NCBI GenBank assembly: GCA_016840035.1
Contig: JAEOTC010000040.1
Span: forward strand, 1-23,990
Length of the DNA stretch: 23,990 nucleotides
From: Candidatus Hodarchaeota archaeon
Lineage (GTDB): Archaea > Asgardarchaeota > Heimdallarchaeia > Hodarchaeales > Hodarchaeaceae
Direction of reading: 5' to 3'
A model generated the notes under the pieces. That model searched no databases, was not told the DNA's origin, and saw only the letters and a program-made list of their open reading frames with translations. The translations under genes and the position numbers were made by a program. Below, one piece after another: positions 1-9,458 of this stretch (its first letter is position 1; every line of letters begins with the position of its first letter).

Positions 1-2416
1 ACATATTAGGGAGGGAAGTGCGCCAAGTTCTCCAGGTGAGTAAACTAGTCGAGAGGAAAACGCAGAAGATAATACACGTAACAACAATTACCCATAATTC
101 AACAGGAACTATTACTGGAATATACATGTCAGCAATAAGATAATCATAGGTCGGCCTTAGCAGGGCAAGACTTAGCATTGCCCCTAAAAACAGACCTGAA
201 ATACCATACAACAAGTTTTCAAAGAAAATTACTTTCAGAATGCTCCTACGTTTTGCTCCCATAGCTCGAAGAGCAAGAAATTCCATTTCACGATCCATCA
301 TGGTTAAAGACATGCTCGAGAAGGTGAACAGTATCAATGCGCCAAGTCCTAAGAGTCCAACAAATATTAACAGTCCCATGATCATTTCCATCATTGACGA
401 CAGCATTTTCAATGTCTCTTTAGCATCAGAAATAACATAAGGGTGAAAGAGGGTATTTACATCAGACTTAATGTCATCTTTTTGTGAATCCGTGAGTTCT
501 TCATCATAACTCATCACAAAACCTGTAACATTCTCTGAAATCCCAATTCCTTGAACATCTTGGGTACTTTCCTGGATGCCTTCAATGGTCCAAAGTAAGG
601 CGTTATCCATCAGTTCTCCAGTAATTCCTGCTACTTCCAAGCTAAAGATATTCAATTGGTCAAAAGTTACAGTTATCGCATCACCAACATGGATACTGTG
701 CTCTTCAGCAAGATTACTCCCGATAAGGATTGAATCCTTCCCAAGTTCTGATTTCAAAAGGTTCTTGTCACCGAAAATAATATGATACTCGCGTAGGGTT
801 GAATTAGCATGGTACGCATGAAGAGGTACACGAACGGCCTCACCATTAAAGTCTGAGATAAAAACTTGGGTACCAATGTAACCTTCTACACTATCCACGC
901 CATTTATGCCTTTTAGCTGTGATTTTATGAAATTTTCACTTGTTGGTCCTTGAAGAATGACATTTAAATCATATCGCTCATACTCAGTATAATTCTGATC
1001 CATAGCAAATAAGAGATCATATGTCATACTGACTGCTGCAATCAAGATAATCATTGATGTGGCTACGGCGACAATTGTTGATAATGAACGTTTTTTATTC
1101 ATGAAAACGGTTCGGATGGGGATCTTAGTATTCAGCTTTCTAGCGAGATTTAATTTATGAAGGGATTTTTCTAGTATGGGTTCCTGGCCGAGTTGACTTT
1201 TGGAATACGGAGCAACCATAGCTTCCCGAGGAGTCAATCTTAGGATAGGTAGAGTAGCTAACAATGAGAAGAACACAGTCACTCCAAGGGCAATGATTGA
1301 TCCTCCTAACCAGATAAAGGGATCGGATCCAATTTTAACAACCGTGAAACCATGCATGTCAGCTCTCATGTTGACAGCTAAACTACTGAGACCCATCGCT
1401 CCAATCCATCCAATAATTAGACCTATGATGCTTAGAACTAATCCAAAACCTACGTAATGAAAAAACACTTCACGCTTTTTTGCACCTAAAGCTCCATACA
1501 ATCCGATATGAGATCGTTGAGCAATGACCAATTTACTTAAGGAATTATAAATTGCAGTTGATCCTGCAACTAGCCCAAAAAATCCGAAAACTAACCCAAT
1601 TTTATCATGAGGGTTGTCGATATAAAAGAACGTATAATCAGGAGCTTCATTCCAATAGATAACCTTACGAACATTACCTGCTCCTACTACTTCAGTGAAT
1701 GCTTGATCTGCAATTTGATTAGCTGAAGTCGATCTGTCCTCCGTCCTTACTAATACTTCATTTATTCCATCAACATCCAGAAAAGATTGGAGATGTTCTA
1801 AGGAGAAATAGGCTATACAGATCTCTCCATTAAAGCTAGCATAATTGGTCTGTTCATCTACTGGATATAAATAATCGGAGTCGATTGCAAGTCCAGAAAT
1901 CGTAAAATTTCCAGATGATAATCCAGAATTCACTGTAAGTGTATTACCAATTAGTCCAGCATTGGGTGGTTCAATGAAAAAAGAAGTAAAATGACGTTCA
2001 AGGAGTATTTCTGTGTCACTAGTAGGGAGAGCCCCATATTCGACTTCCAACCTATTGATAGTATTCTTGGAGAAATTTACTCCTACTAAATACGCTTTAT
2101 AGTCTTTTCCATTATAATTTACCGTCGAATAAAGAAAAATTCGACCCTCAAGGTCAACTATACCAGCCTCCTGAAGATCAGTATCAGTTTTCCATTGAGA
2201 AATATTGTTCGTAGGTATAAATTCAGATAATCTAACTCTTAAATCTGCATTATCCATATTCTCATAATGACCAGCAATAGTAGCATCATAAGAATCCTTA
2301 ACATTGAGTAAACCGATCCCTAAAGCAATCGTTATCGTTACAGTAAGGATGATCACAACAGAACGAAATTTATTCAATCGGATCTCACGAAATATCTTTT
2401 TGGTAAGGAGTTTCAA
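1..2416 (-). CDS. FtsX/MacB-like ABC transporter permease with two FtsX halves, 3' end runs off the window
   Basis: Not in the ORF track. Hand translation: TTG at 2416 overlaps the TGA of the upstream ATPase (TTGA) and gives [37 protein letters not shown]. It contains two FtsX-type motifs (QRSHIGLYGALGAKK and REMEFLALRAMGAKR) and ends ...TSLLTWRTWRTSLPNM at the edge. Both ends and several internal segments were read in frame; not every codon was checked. Confidence 0.9.
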   Translation of the reverse strand, partial: MKLLTKKIFREIRLNKFRSVVIILTVTITIALGIGLLNVKDSYDATIAGHYENMDNADLRVRLSEFIPTNNISQWKTDTDLQEAGIVDLEGRIFLYSTVNYNGKDYKAYLVGVNFSKNTINRLEVEYGALPTSDTEILLERHFTSFFIEPPNAGLIGNTLTVNSGLSSGNFTISGLAIDSDYLYPVDEQTNYASFNGEICIAYFSLEHLQSFLDVDGINEVLVRTEDRSTSANQIADQAFTEVVGAGNVRKVIYWNEAPDYTFFYIDNPHDKIGLVFGFFGLVAGSTAIYNSLSKLVIAQRSHIGLYGALGAKKREVFFHYVGFGLVLSIIGLIIGWIGAMGLSSLAVNMRADMHGFTVVKIGSDPFIWLGGSIIALGVTVFFSLLATLPILRLTPREAMVAPYSKSQLGQEPILEKSLHKLNLARKLNTKIPIRTVFMNKKRSLSTIVAVATSMIILIAAVSMTYDLLFAMDQNYTEYERYDLNVILQGPTSENFIKSQLKGINGVDSVEGYIGTQVFISDFNGEAVRVPLHAYHANSTLREYHIIFGDKNLLKSELGKDSILIGSNLAEEHSIHVGDAITVTFDQLNIFSLEVAGITGELMDNALLWTIEGIQESTQDVQGIGISENVTGFVMSYDEELTDSQKDDIKSDVNTLFHPYVISDAKETLKMLSSMMEMIMGLLIFVGLLGLGALILFTFSSMSLTMMDREMEFLALRAMGAKRRSILKVIFFENLLYGISGLFLGAMLSLALLRPTYDYLIADMYIPVIVPVELWVIVVTCIIFCVFLSTSLLTWRTWRTSLPNM

Positions 2417-3147
2417 TTTTCCTGCACCTTCTTGAAGTTCCGGTAGAGAGAAGGAGTTTCATCAACTGAAAGAATCTGACCATCCATCAGATGGAAAACT
2501 CGATCTGCCTTTTCAGTGATGCTTAAATCGTGAGAAACTACAATAAATGTTCCACCAAATTTTCGATTCAACTCTTTCATTAAATCAGCGATTTTCTGTC
2601 CAGTTACAAAGTCAAGGTTTCCCGTTGGTTCATCAGCAACAATAATTTCGGGATTTTTCACTAATGCACGAGCAATAGCTACCCGTTGTTGTTCTCCTCC
2701 AGAAAGCTGACTTGGAAATCGGTTAATTTTATCACCAAGACCAACTGCATCCAACATATCGCAAGCGAGGGTTTTCATGTTTTTTCTCTCTCCCTTAAAT
2801 TCAAGAGCAAGAGCAACATTCTCCCACGCTCTTAAAGAGGGGATTAAGTTAAAAAACTGAAAAATCCAACCGACACGATTACGTCGATATTCTGAGAGTT
2901 TTCCAGTAGTCCATTGAGTAATTTCTTCGGAATGAACCTTTACTCTCCCTTTGGTAGGTGAATCAATACCTCCAATCTGGTTGAGTAATGTAGTTTTTCC
3001 TGATCCACTTGGACCTAAAACTACAACAAATTCTCCCTCAAATACTTCCATATTTATTCCACGTAGAGCTTTTATCGCAATATCACCGATCTGAAACTCT
3101 CGGTGAACATCACTAACTTCTACAGCAACAGCACGTGAACTTGCCAT
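2413..3147 (-). CDS. ABC transporter ATP-binding protein, LolD/MacB family
   Basis: Walker [18 protein letters not shown], signature [15 protein letters not shown], Walker [14 protein letters not shown]-loop VSHD; GGTG upstream of the ATG. Confidence 0.95.
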   Translation of the reverse strand: MASSRAVAVEVSDVHREFQIGDIAIKALRGINMEVFEGEFVVVLGPSGSGKTTLLNQIGGIDSPTKGRVKVHSEEITQWTTGKLSEYRRNRVGWIFQFFNLIPSLRAWENVALALEFKGERKNMKTLACDMLDAVGLGDKINRFPSQLSGGEQQRVAIARALVKNPEIIVADEPTGNLDFVTGQKIADLMKELNRKFGGTFIVVSHDLSITEKADRVFHLMDGQILSVDETPSLYRNFKKVQEN

Positions 3148-3367
3148 TTTTTACACCGCAATATCTTTCATTTGTGTTATATTCGTTGTTTGCGAAAATT
3201 ATGCAATTATCACATTTAAATAGTTTCCCTCTCAGACAAAGTTTACAAAACTTCAACAATCTGAGTTGAGAAAATTTATATTTTCCATAATCTTGTCCAA
3301 TATTTTGTTTTAGACTGCCCTTTTCTGATTGGAATCATGTGACAAAAAGTCTTATGAGAGATTTTAT

Positions 3368-3685
3368 ATGAATAGATTCAAAACCGTAACCTTAAATTGT
3401 CCCTATTGTGGAAAGGAATTCACTCGGGAGGTTCTGAAAGATGCTGATGAAGATAAACTATTTTGTGGTATTGGATGTCAATTCCGTGGACGACATCGTT
3501 ATTATCTAGGAATAGGTATTCTATCTTTAATAGGGGCGATTATCTCCTCAGGTTTGTACATCTTTTGGCCAGGTACATACACAGAGCCTCCAGCTTCACT
3601 ACTGATCTTAATACTTCTATTGGTTCTTATTGGAATAGGAGGCTTAATGGGAGGATTTTATGGCTATATAGGACGTAAATCCTAA
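3368..3685 (+). CDS. Small membrane protein: N-terminal Cys4 zinc-finger-like domain plus two predicted TM helices
   Basis: CPYCGKEF...FCGIGC followed by two hydrophobic segments (YYLGIGILSLIGAIISSGLYIFW; LLILILLLVLIGIGGLMGGFYGY). ATG 3368 preferred over TTG 3329. Confidence 0.75.
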   Translation: MNRFKTVTLNCPYCGKEFTREVLKDADEDKLFCGIGCQFRGRHRYYLGIGILSLIGAIISSGLYIFWPGTYTEPPASLLILILLLVLIGIGGLMGGFYGYIGRKS

Positions 3686-3864
3686 TTGGAACAAATTTTT
3701 AGGACATAATATTAATTTCATATATTGATTTCAATCCCAACCCATTTTTTGACACACCATTTTTATTGGAAATAGGTTCACAAAGTGTCTATAATTTGAG
3801 TTGATAATACTTAAATTTTACATCCTTTCCTTATTTATCTTGTTTTAAAAAACATCTGTCTAGA

Positions 3865-3872
3865 TTTTATAA
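3865..3872 (+). promoter_or_regulatory. Putative TATA box of the fumarase operon
   Basis: TTTTATAA about 37 nt upstream of ATG 3909, flanked by inverted ATCTGT/ACAGAT. Confidence 0.35.
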
Positions 3873-3908
3873 GCTCAAACAGATCTAATAGATACATAAG
3901 TGATTATT

Positions 3909-4796
3909 ATGACCTTCTATCAATTAATAGAGGATACTACTGTAAAATTACTAAAATTTGCTGCAACTCAGTTGCCTAATGATGTCTCTGAAGCATTAAA
4001 ACGAATGCAAGAAGAAGAGACAAGTCCTCCGAGTAAAGCAGCATTATCAACAATTGTAGATAATTTTGGGATTGCTGAAGACACTTCCACACCCATGTGC
4101 CAGGATACTGGGATCCATATTTATTATGTAAATATTGGAGAAAATTTCCCAAAAGTCCTTGGAATAGCAGATATTCTTAGAAAAGCCTCTGCACGTGCGA
4201 CTAAAGAGGTTCCTTTAAGACCCAATGCTGTTAACCCAATTGTTGGAGGTAATAGCGGAGATAATACAGGAAATCATATTCCATTCATAAATTATGATTT
4301 TATTCCTGGTGCGGATTACCTAGAAATCACCGCTTTTCCTAAAGGTGGTGGATCCGAAAACATGTGCGCTTTAGGCATGTTAAAACCAGGACAGGGAATT
4401 GCTGGAATCAAGAAATTCGTGATTGATACCATTCTCAATGCAGGTGGTCAGCCTTGCCCTCCCGTTATTGTCGGTGTGGGCATTGGTGGAGGTGCTGATA
4501 TAGCACTCAAGATAGGGAAAAAACAATTGATGAGACCCTTAGGGGAAAGACATCCCGACCCTGAGATTGCTAAATTAGAAGAGGATCTCCTAAAAGCGAT
4601 AAATATGACTGGTTTTGGTTCTATGGGGCTTGGCGGAGAGGTTTCTACCGCGTTGGATGTGAAGATTGATTATGCCCACAGACATCCTGCAAGTCTACCA
4701 GTTGGCGTTGCAATTCAGTGTTGGGCTGCACGAAGAGCTACTGCTCGGATATATCAAGATGGCAGGGTAGAATTTCTAACACATAAGGAGGAATAG
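3909..4796 (+). CDS. Class I Fe-S fumarate hydratase / L-tartrate dehydratase, alpha subunit
   Basis: Motifs PMCQDTG, LRPN, KGGGSEN, GGQPCPP, VGIGG, HPASLPV, QCWAAR. ATG 3909 follows AAGTGA; the track start GTG 3900 lies in that SD-like motif. Confidence 0.93.
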   Translation: MTFYQLIEDTTVKLLKFAATQLPNDVSEALKRMQEEETSPPSKAALSTIVDNFGIAEDTSTPMCQDTGIHIYYVNIGENFPKVLGIADILRKASARATKEVPLRPNAVNPIVGGNSGDNTGNHIPFINYDFIPGADYLEITAFPKGGGSENMCALGMLKPGQGIAGIKKFVIDTILNAGGQPCPPVIVGVGIGGGADIALKIGKKQLMRPLGERHPDPEIAKLEEDLLKAINMTGFGSMGLGGEVSTALDVKIDYAHRHPASLPVGVAIQCWAARRATARIYQDGRVEFLTHKEE

Positions 4797-4798
4797 AC

Positions 4799-5404
4799 AT
4801 GGCTGAATATCATTTTAACACACCAATCACTAAAGAAGATGTACAAAAACTTAGGATAGGAGACGTTATCTATGTTACTGGTACGGTCTTTACTGCTCGA
4901 GATGAAGCTCATGAACGAGCTTTGGAGATGGCTGAAAAAGGAGAATCAATGCCTATTGATTTTGAAGGTTTAGCTGTATATCATTGTGGCCCCGTCGTTA
5001 GACAGGTTGGAGAACAATGGGAAATAGTCGCTGCTGGCCCTACCACATCTACCAGGATGGACATTTTCGAAAGGGAATTCATTGAAACTTTCGGTGTCAA
5101 TGTAGTTATTGGAAAAGGTGGAATGGGTCCTAGAACAGTGAAAGCTATGGAAGAGTTCAAAGCTGTTTATACAGCATTCGTTGGTGGAGCAGCGGTAGTA
5201 GCAGCCAAAGGAATCAAACGGGTTAAAGAAGTACATTGGTTAGATTTAGGGACTCCAGAATGCTTATGGGTTCTCGATGTCGAAAAATTTGGTCCTCTAA
5301 TAGTAGGTATCGATTCTTATGGTCAGAGTCTCTTCCAAAATGTAGCAGATAAAGCTAAAGAGAAGTTACCGCAAATCGGTGAATTTTTAGGAGTTACTTG
5401 GTAA
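4799..5404 (+). CDS. Class I Fe-S fumarate hydratase / L-tartrate dehydratase, beta subunit
   Basis: Motifs TARDEAH, HCGP, AGPTTSTRM, IGKGGMG, DLGTPE; GGAGG SD; starts 2 nt after the alpha subunit stop. Confidence 0.93.
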   Translation: MAEYHFNTPITKEDVQKLRIGDVIYVTGTVFTARDEAHERALEMAEKGESMPIDFEGLAVYHCGPVVRQVGEQWEIVAAGPTTSTRMDIFEREFIETFGVNVVIGKGGMGPRTVKAMEEFKAVYTAFVGGAAVVAAKGIKRVKEVHWLDLGTPECLWVLDVEKFGPLIVGIDSYGQSLFQNVADKAKEKLPQIGEFLGVTW

Positions 5405-5429
5405 CTCTTTTCTCTTTCTTATTATTTTT
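5405..5429 (+). terminator. Pyrimidine/T-rich putative archaeal terminator
   Basis: ctcttttctctttcttattattttt immediately after the stop codon. Confidence 0.4.
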
Positions 5430-5452
5430 GTAAGATATAATTTTGTCTGAAG

Positions 5453-6583
5453 GTGTTTACAATACGTTTACTAGAATATGAAGCTAAAGAAGTGTTTGCT
5501 GAATTCAATCTCCCACTAGTCAATCGATTGGTCATAATCAGAGGAGAAAATGTCGAAGAGAAGTTGTCTCAATTTACATTTCCAGCGATTGTTAAATCAC
5601 AAATCGCGATTGGAAGCAGAAAGAAAGCAGGATTAATTAAGATTGTACAGACGCGTGAAGAAGCTATAACTTTATGCAAGGACTATTTTACCCGACAAGT
5701 AGGAACCTATAGAGTTGAAGCCATCTTAATCGAAAGTTTGGCGGATATAAAGCACGAATATTATTGTTCTATTGCTTTAGATACCTCTGGACGTCAATTT
5801 GTATTAATTGCTAGTGCAGAAGGAGGAATTGATATTGAGGAAGTTGCTGCTACCCGTCCTGAAGCAATTATTAAGGAAAGCATTTCTCTCACAGAAGGTC
5901 TGAGTGAAGAAGTTGCTAGAACTGTTGCTGAAAGGTTAGATTTTGCTAGTGATTTGATTCCATCTGCGACTGATCTTTTCATGAAACTCTGGAAGATCAC
6001 TAAAGAGAAGGAAGCTCAATTAGTGGAAATTAATCCCCTAGTTCTTACACCTTCAGGAATTTTTGCAGTTGATGGGAAAATGATTCTTGATGATAATGCA
6101 TTTTTCCGCCAGGAAACTATCCGAGACTTACAGAAAAAGAAGCTTACTGATTTAGAAAAAACTGCCAAGAAGTTTGGATTTTCATTTGTCGAATTAGAGG
6201 GACAAGTAGGTATTCTTGCAAATGGGGCTGGTTTAACTATGGCTTTACTTGATGTATTAGCTCAACACGGTTTAGCGGGGATGAACTTCTTGGATGTTGG
6301 TGGTGGAGCAGATCGAGATCGAGTTTATGAAGCATTAAAGCTTATCTTTACCATGAAACCGAAAGCTGTTCTAATCAACATATACGGTGGGATAACACGT
6401 TGTGATGTGGTCGCAGATGCGATATTACATACTTTAAAAGAATTTCCAGATGCTCCCCCAATGGTTATCCGTCTTACGGGAACAAAAGAAACTGAAGGAG
6501 TACAAATCTTGAAAGACGCCGGTATCGATGCATATAAAGATATGATGAATGCCGTTGAGAAACTTAAAGGAGTAATCGGGTGA
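5453..6583 (+). CDS. sucC: Succinate--CoA ligase (ADP/GDP-forming) beta subunit
   Basis: LLEYEAKE, SAEGGIDIEEVA, EINPL, DGKMILDDNA, NGAGL, NFLDVGGGA, NIYGGITRCD. The start may be ATA 5462 rather than GTG 5453. Confidence 0.9.
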   Translation: MFTIRLLEYEAKEVFAEFNLPLVNRLVIIRGENVEEKLSQFTFPAIVKSQIAIGSRKKAGLIKIVQTREEAITLCKDYFTRQVGTYRVEAILIESLADIKHEYYCSIALDTSGRQFVLIASAEGGIDIEEVAATRPEAIIKESISLTEGLSEEVARTVAERLDFASDLIPSATDLFMKLWKITKEKEAQLVEINPLVLTPSGIFAVDGKMILDDNAFFRQETIRDLQKKKLTDLEKTAKKFGFSFVELEGQVGILANGAGLTMALLDVLAQHGLAGMNFLDVGGGADRDRVYEALKLIFTMKPKAVLINIYGGITRCDVVADAILHTLKEFPDAPPMVIRLTGTKETEGVQILKDAGIDAYKDMMNAVEKLKGVIG

Positions 6584-6590
6584 ATAAATA

Positions 6591-7454
6591 ATGTACATTA
6601 GTGAACAAAGCAAAGTAGTTGTGCAGGGAATAACTGGTAATCAAGGAAAGTTTCATACTCAATTAATGCAAGAATATGGAACAAACATTGTTGCAGGTGT
6701 GACTCCAAAAAAGGGTGGTCAGGAAGTCCTAGGGATTCCAGTATTTAATTCTGTGCAAGAAGCAGTACAGGAAAGAGGAGCAAATACAAGTATTATTTTT
6801 GTCCCTGCTCGCTTTACCTCTAGTGCTGTACTTGAAAGTCTCAACGCTGGTATTAATATGACCTGCTGCATTACAGAAGGCGTTCCAGTACTCGATATGC
6901 TGCGATTGGTTGAGCTAGCTCATTCCAAAGGTCTACATTTGATTGGCCCGAATACCCCAGGTATGTTAATTCCAGATAAAATTAAACTAGGTATTATGCC
7001 TTCCGATATGTGTCACTTTGGAACTGTTGCCACTATTGCCAAAAGTGGAACTCTTTCTTATGAGATAGCTAAGGCTTTAGGTAACGCTGATGTTGGAGTA
7101 TCTGCATATATTGGTATAGGGGGAGATCCAATACGTGGAACAACTCTAGTCGAAGCATTTGACTATTATGCGAGAGATAATGGAACAAATGTGATTGTAG
7201 TAATTGGAGAAATTGGTGGAGATGAGGAAGAAAAAGTTGCTGCGTATATAGAGGCTCAAAATGTTAATAAACCAATAATTGCCTACATAGCAGGAAAGAG
7301 TGCACCAGAAGGAAAACGAATGGGTCATGCTGGTGCAATCATATCTGGAAATGTAGGTACAGCTCAAGGAAAGATTGATGCCTTATCAGCAGTGGGAGCG
7401 CACATTGCAGAAACCCCTTGGGATATTCCTGATATGGTTAAACAATATCTCTAA
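6591..7454 (+). CDS. sucD: Succinate--CoA ligase alpha subunit
   Basis: VQGITG, AGVTP, ITEG, IGPNTPG, SGTLSYE, GIGGD, IGEIGG and the phospho-His loop GKRMGHAGAII; GGTGA SD overlaps the sucC stop. Confidence 0.95.
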   Translation: MYISEQSKVVVQGITGNQGKFHTQLMQEYGTNIVAGVTPKKGGQEVLGIPVFNSVQEAVQERGANTSIIFVPARFTSSAVLESLNAGINMTCCITEGVPVLDMLRLVELAHSKGLHLIGPNTPGMLIPDKIKLGIMPSDMCHFGTVATIAKSGTLSYEIAKALGNADVGVSAYIGIGGDPIRGTTLVEAFDYYARDNGTNVIVVIGEIGGDEEEKVAAYIEAQNVNKPIIAYIAGKSAPEGKRMGHAGAIISGNVGTAQGKIDALSAVGAHIAETPWDIPDMVKQYL

Positions 7455-7481
7455 GTTTTCCACTCCCTCTTTCTTCTTTTT
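7455..7481 (+). terminator. T-rich putative terminator between convergent sucD and Lrp genes
   Basis: gttttccactccctctttcttcttttt directly after the sucD stop. Confidence 0.45.
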
Positions 7482-7994
7482 TTACATTAAATTCCAAAGA
7501 ATATCTTCAGATGTAGGTTCAGACGAAGAGTTTGGAATAGTGGATACTTCTTTTCCCTCCACAGAGGATAAGCAAATCAATGTTCGTGTTCGTGAAACAC
7601 CTCTCATTCGAGTAATTTTCATGAGGTTTGCTTCAAGAGTATTGATATTTTTTGTTTTCATTTTTAGAATAACATCTTCTGCCCCAGTTAAATGATGAAA
7701 CTCATGAATTTCTAACTCATCCATTCGATTCATTAGTTCCTCATATGTAAAATTCCATACTCGTCCTGCTCTTCTCAAGGTTACTAAAATAAATGCAGCT
7801 ATTTGTTTACCTAACTTTCTTTCATTTACTTGTAGTGTATATTTTATGATTCCTTTATCCTGTAAATTTTTTATTCGTTTTTGAATCGCTGGACGGGATA
7901 AACCTAATTGTTTTCCGATTTTTTCTTGAGTCATTGTTATATCGGATTGCAAGATTTTTATGATCTTGCGATCTTTCGAATCAATTTTTGACAT
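7482..7994 (-). CDS. Lrp/AsnC family transcriptional regulator
   Basis: IDSKDRKIIKILQSD...IGKQLGLSRPAIQKRIKNLQDKGII (AsnC-type HTH) plus a RAM domain (HHLTGAEDVILK, GVSRTRT). ATG 7994 matches the family N-terminus. Confidence 0.92.
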   Translation of the reverse strand: MSKIDSKDRKIIKILQSDITMTQEKIGKQLGLSRPAIQKRIKNLQDKGIIKYTLQVNERKLGKQIAAFILVTLRRAGRVWNFTYEELMNRMDELEIHEFHHLTGAEDVILKMKTKNINTLEANLMKITRMRGVSRTRTLICLSSVEGKEVSTIPNSSSEPTSEDILWNLM

Positions 7995-8053
7995 TTCAGT
8001 TACATATTTGCTACCATACGCTATATATATGTTATGCATTAGTGTTGTTACGG
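7995..8053. promoter_or_regulatory. Compact divergent promoter with central TATA element
   Basis: TATATATAT at 8022-8030, centred about 30 nt from both ATG 7994 (-) and ATG 8054/8060 (+). Confidence 0.55.
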
Positions 8054-9394
8054 ATGATAATGGAAACCAAAAATCCTAAATCCGCTGACAAACTACCTTT
8101 TCAATTTTCTGATTGGGTAGGAAGAACTGAAGAAAACGAAATCCGGAGATTACTCCGCTACTCTCCTAAGTATTATTTCGCTGGGGGTAAACCAGGAGTA
8201 ATTCCTGTGAAAATTTTCCATGAAATTATTAGAAACCTCATGGATGAAGAAACTCAGTTGATAACTAACCAAAACCCTGCCCATTTAAATAATTACAATT
8301 ATGGACCAACTGAAGGTAGCAATGAATTACGTTCTGTTCTTAGTAAACGATTAATCACCCGTGATGGACTTCAAAACATTACAAAATCAGATGTTATTAT
8401 TACAAATGGTTCACAACAAGCTTTATACAGTTTATGTGATACTTTACTTACTCCAGGAGATATTATCCTCACTACTCGTCCTTCTTATCTCGGTTTTTTA
8501 CAATGTGTCGAAAAATTAGGAGGAAAAATTGTTACCTTGCCTTCAGATAAACATGGAATGATTACTGATTTTATTCCCGATGCAATTAGTGCATGTATTA
8601 AAAGATTCAGACAAAAACCCAAAATTTTGTACACTATTCCATATTCTGACAATCCTCAAGGAACAACTTTATCTGATTCCCGTAAAAAGGCGATTTTCGA
8701 CTATGCATACGAGTTTGATTATCTCATTTTTGAGGACATGGCCTACAAAGAAATTCAGTTTTCTAACAAGAAAATTTCTCCAATTAAGAAAAATGACCTT
8801 TACAACGAAAAAGTTGCTTACCTTTCTACAAGTACTAAAGAGGCTGCATCTTTTCGAATTGGGTATAGCGTTGTACCAACTAAGCTTAGAAATGAGATGA
8901 TTAAAGCCAAGGGTATATACGATTTATGTTCTTCTGAATGGGTACAGGCTATCTTGACTCGATATTATGATAAATACATAGATGATGCATTAATACCAAT
9001 TAAACGTGAGTATAAACAACGTTGCAACGCAATGGTCAAATCAGTCAAAGAAAATTTACAAGGAACTTATTCAAAGCCTACTGGGGGATTTTTTGTTTGG
9101 TTTAAATCAAATGATACTTTTGATAGTACAGAGTTTGTAGATATTGCTTTGAAAAACAATATCTCCTTTGTGCCTGGAAAACCATTCTTTCCCTCTGCTG
9201 GGTATGATTATCAAGAAGATGGTCGAATCAAGAGCTCAAAATCTGAGAATAATACAATGCGCTTAAGCTATTCACTCCTGAAACCTAAAGATATTTGGGT
9301 TGGAATAGAAAAACTAGGTCATCTCCTCTCTACATACTTACAAGAGTCAAAGATAATCCGTCGAGGTTATGGTGGAATTCCTTTTTCAGTTTAG
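8054..9394 (+). CDS. PLP-dependent class I/II aminotransferase (LysN/Aro8-like, 2-aminoadipate or aromatic amino acid type)
   Basis: FAGGKP, YGPTEG, ITNGSQQAL, PSYLG, DNPQG, EDMAY, PLP-lysine motif STSTK...RIGY, PTGGFFVW, FVPG, MRLSYS. Start ATG 8054 or 8060. Confidence 0.9.
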   Translation: MIMETKNPKSADKLPFQFSDWVGRTEENEIRRLLRYSPKYYFAGGKPGVIPVKIFHEIIRNLMDEETQLITNQNPAHLNNYNYGPTEGSNELRSVLSKRLITRDGLQNITKSDVIITNGSQQALYSLCDTLLTPGDIILTTRPSYLGFLQCVEKLGGKIVTLPSDKHGMITDFIPDAISACIKRFRQKPKILYTIPYSDNPQGTTLSDSRKKAIFDYAYEFDYLIFEDMAYKEIQFSNKKISPIKKNDLYNEKVAYLSTSTKEAASFRIGYSVVPTKLRNEMIKAKGIYDLCSSEWVQAILTRYYDKYIDDALIPIKREYKQRCNAMVKSVKENLQGTYSKPTGGFFVWFKSNDTFDSTEFVDIALKNNISFVPGKPFFPSAGYDYQEDGRIKSSKSENNTMRLSYSLLKPKDIWVGIEKLGHLLSTYLQESKIIRRGYGGIPFSV

Positions 9395-9458
9395 AAAATA
9401 ATTAGTATAGTTTAGCGATTCGAAAAAAGGAAATTAGAGGAAGTCAATCCTCACAATT

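Noticed and set aside
240-1457. Plus-strand ORFs 240-440, 576-785 and 1200-1457
   Set aside because: Antisense shadows of the minus-strand FtsX permease that the track missed because it has no stop in the window.
7988-8053. Apparent head-to-head overlap of the Lrp ORF (to 8039) and the aminotransferase ORF (from 7988)
   Set aside because: Artefact of longest-ORF start calling; family-like sequence begins at ATG 7994 and ATG 8054/8060.
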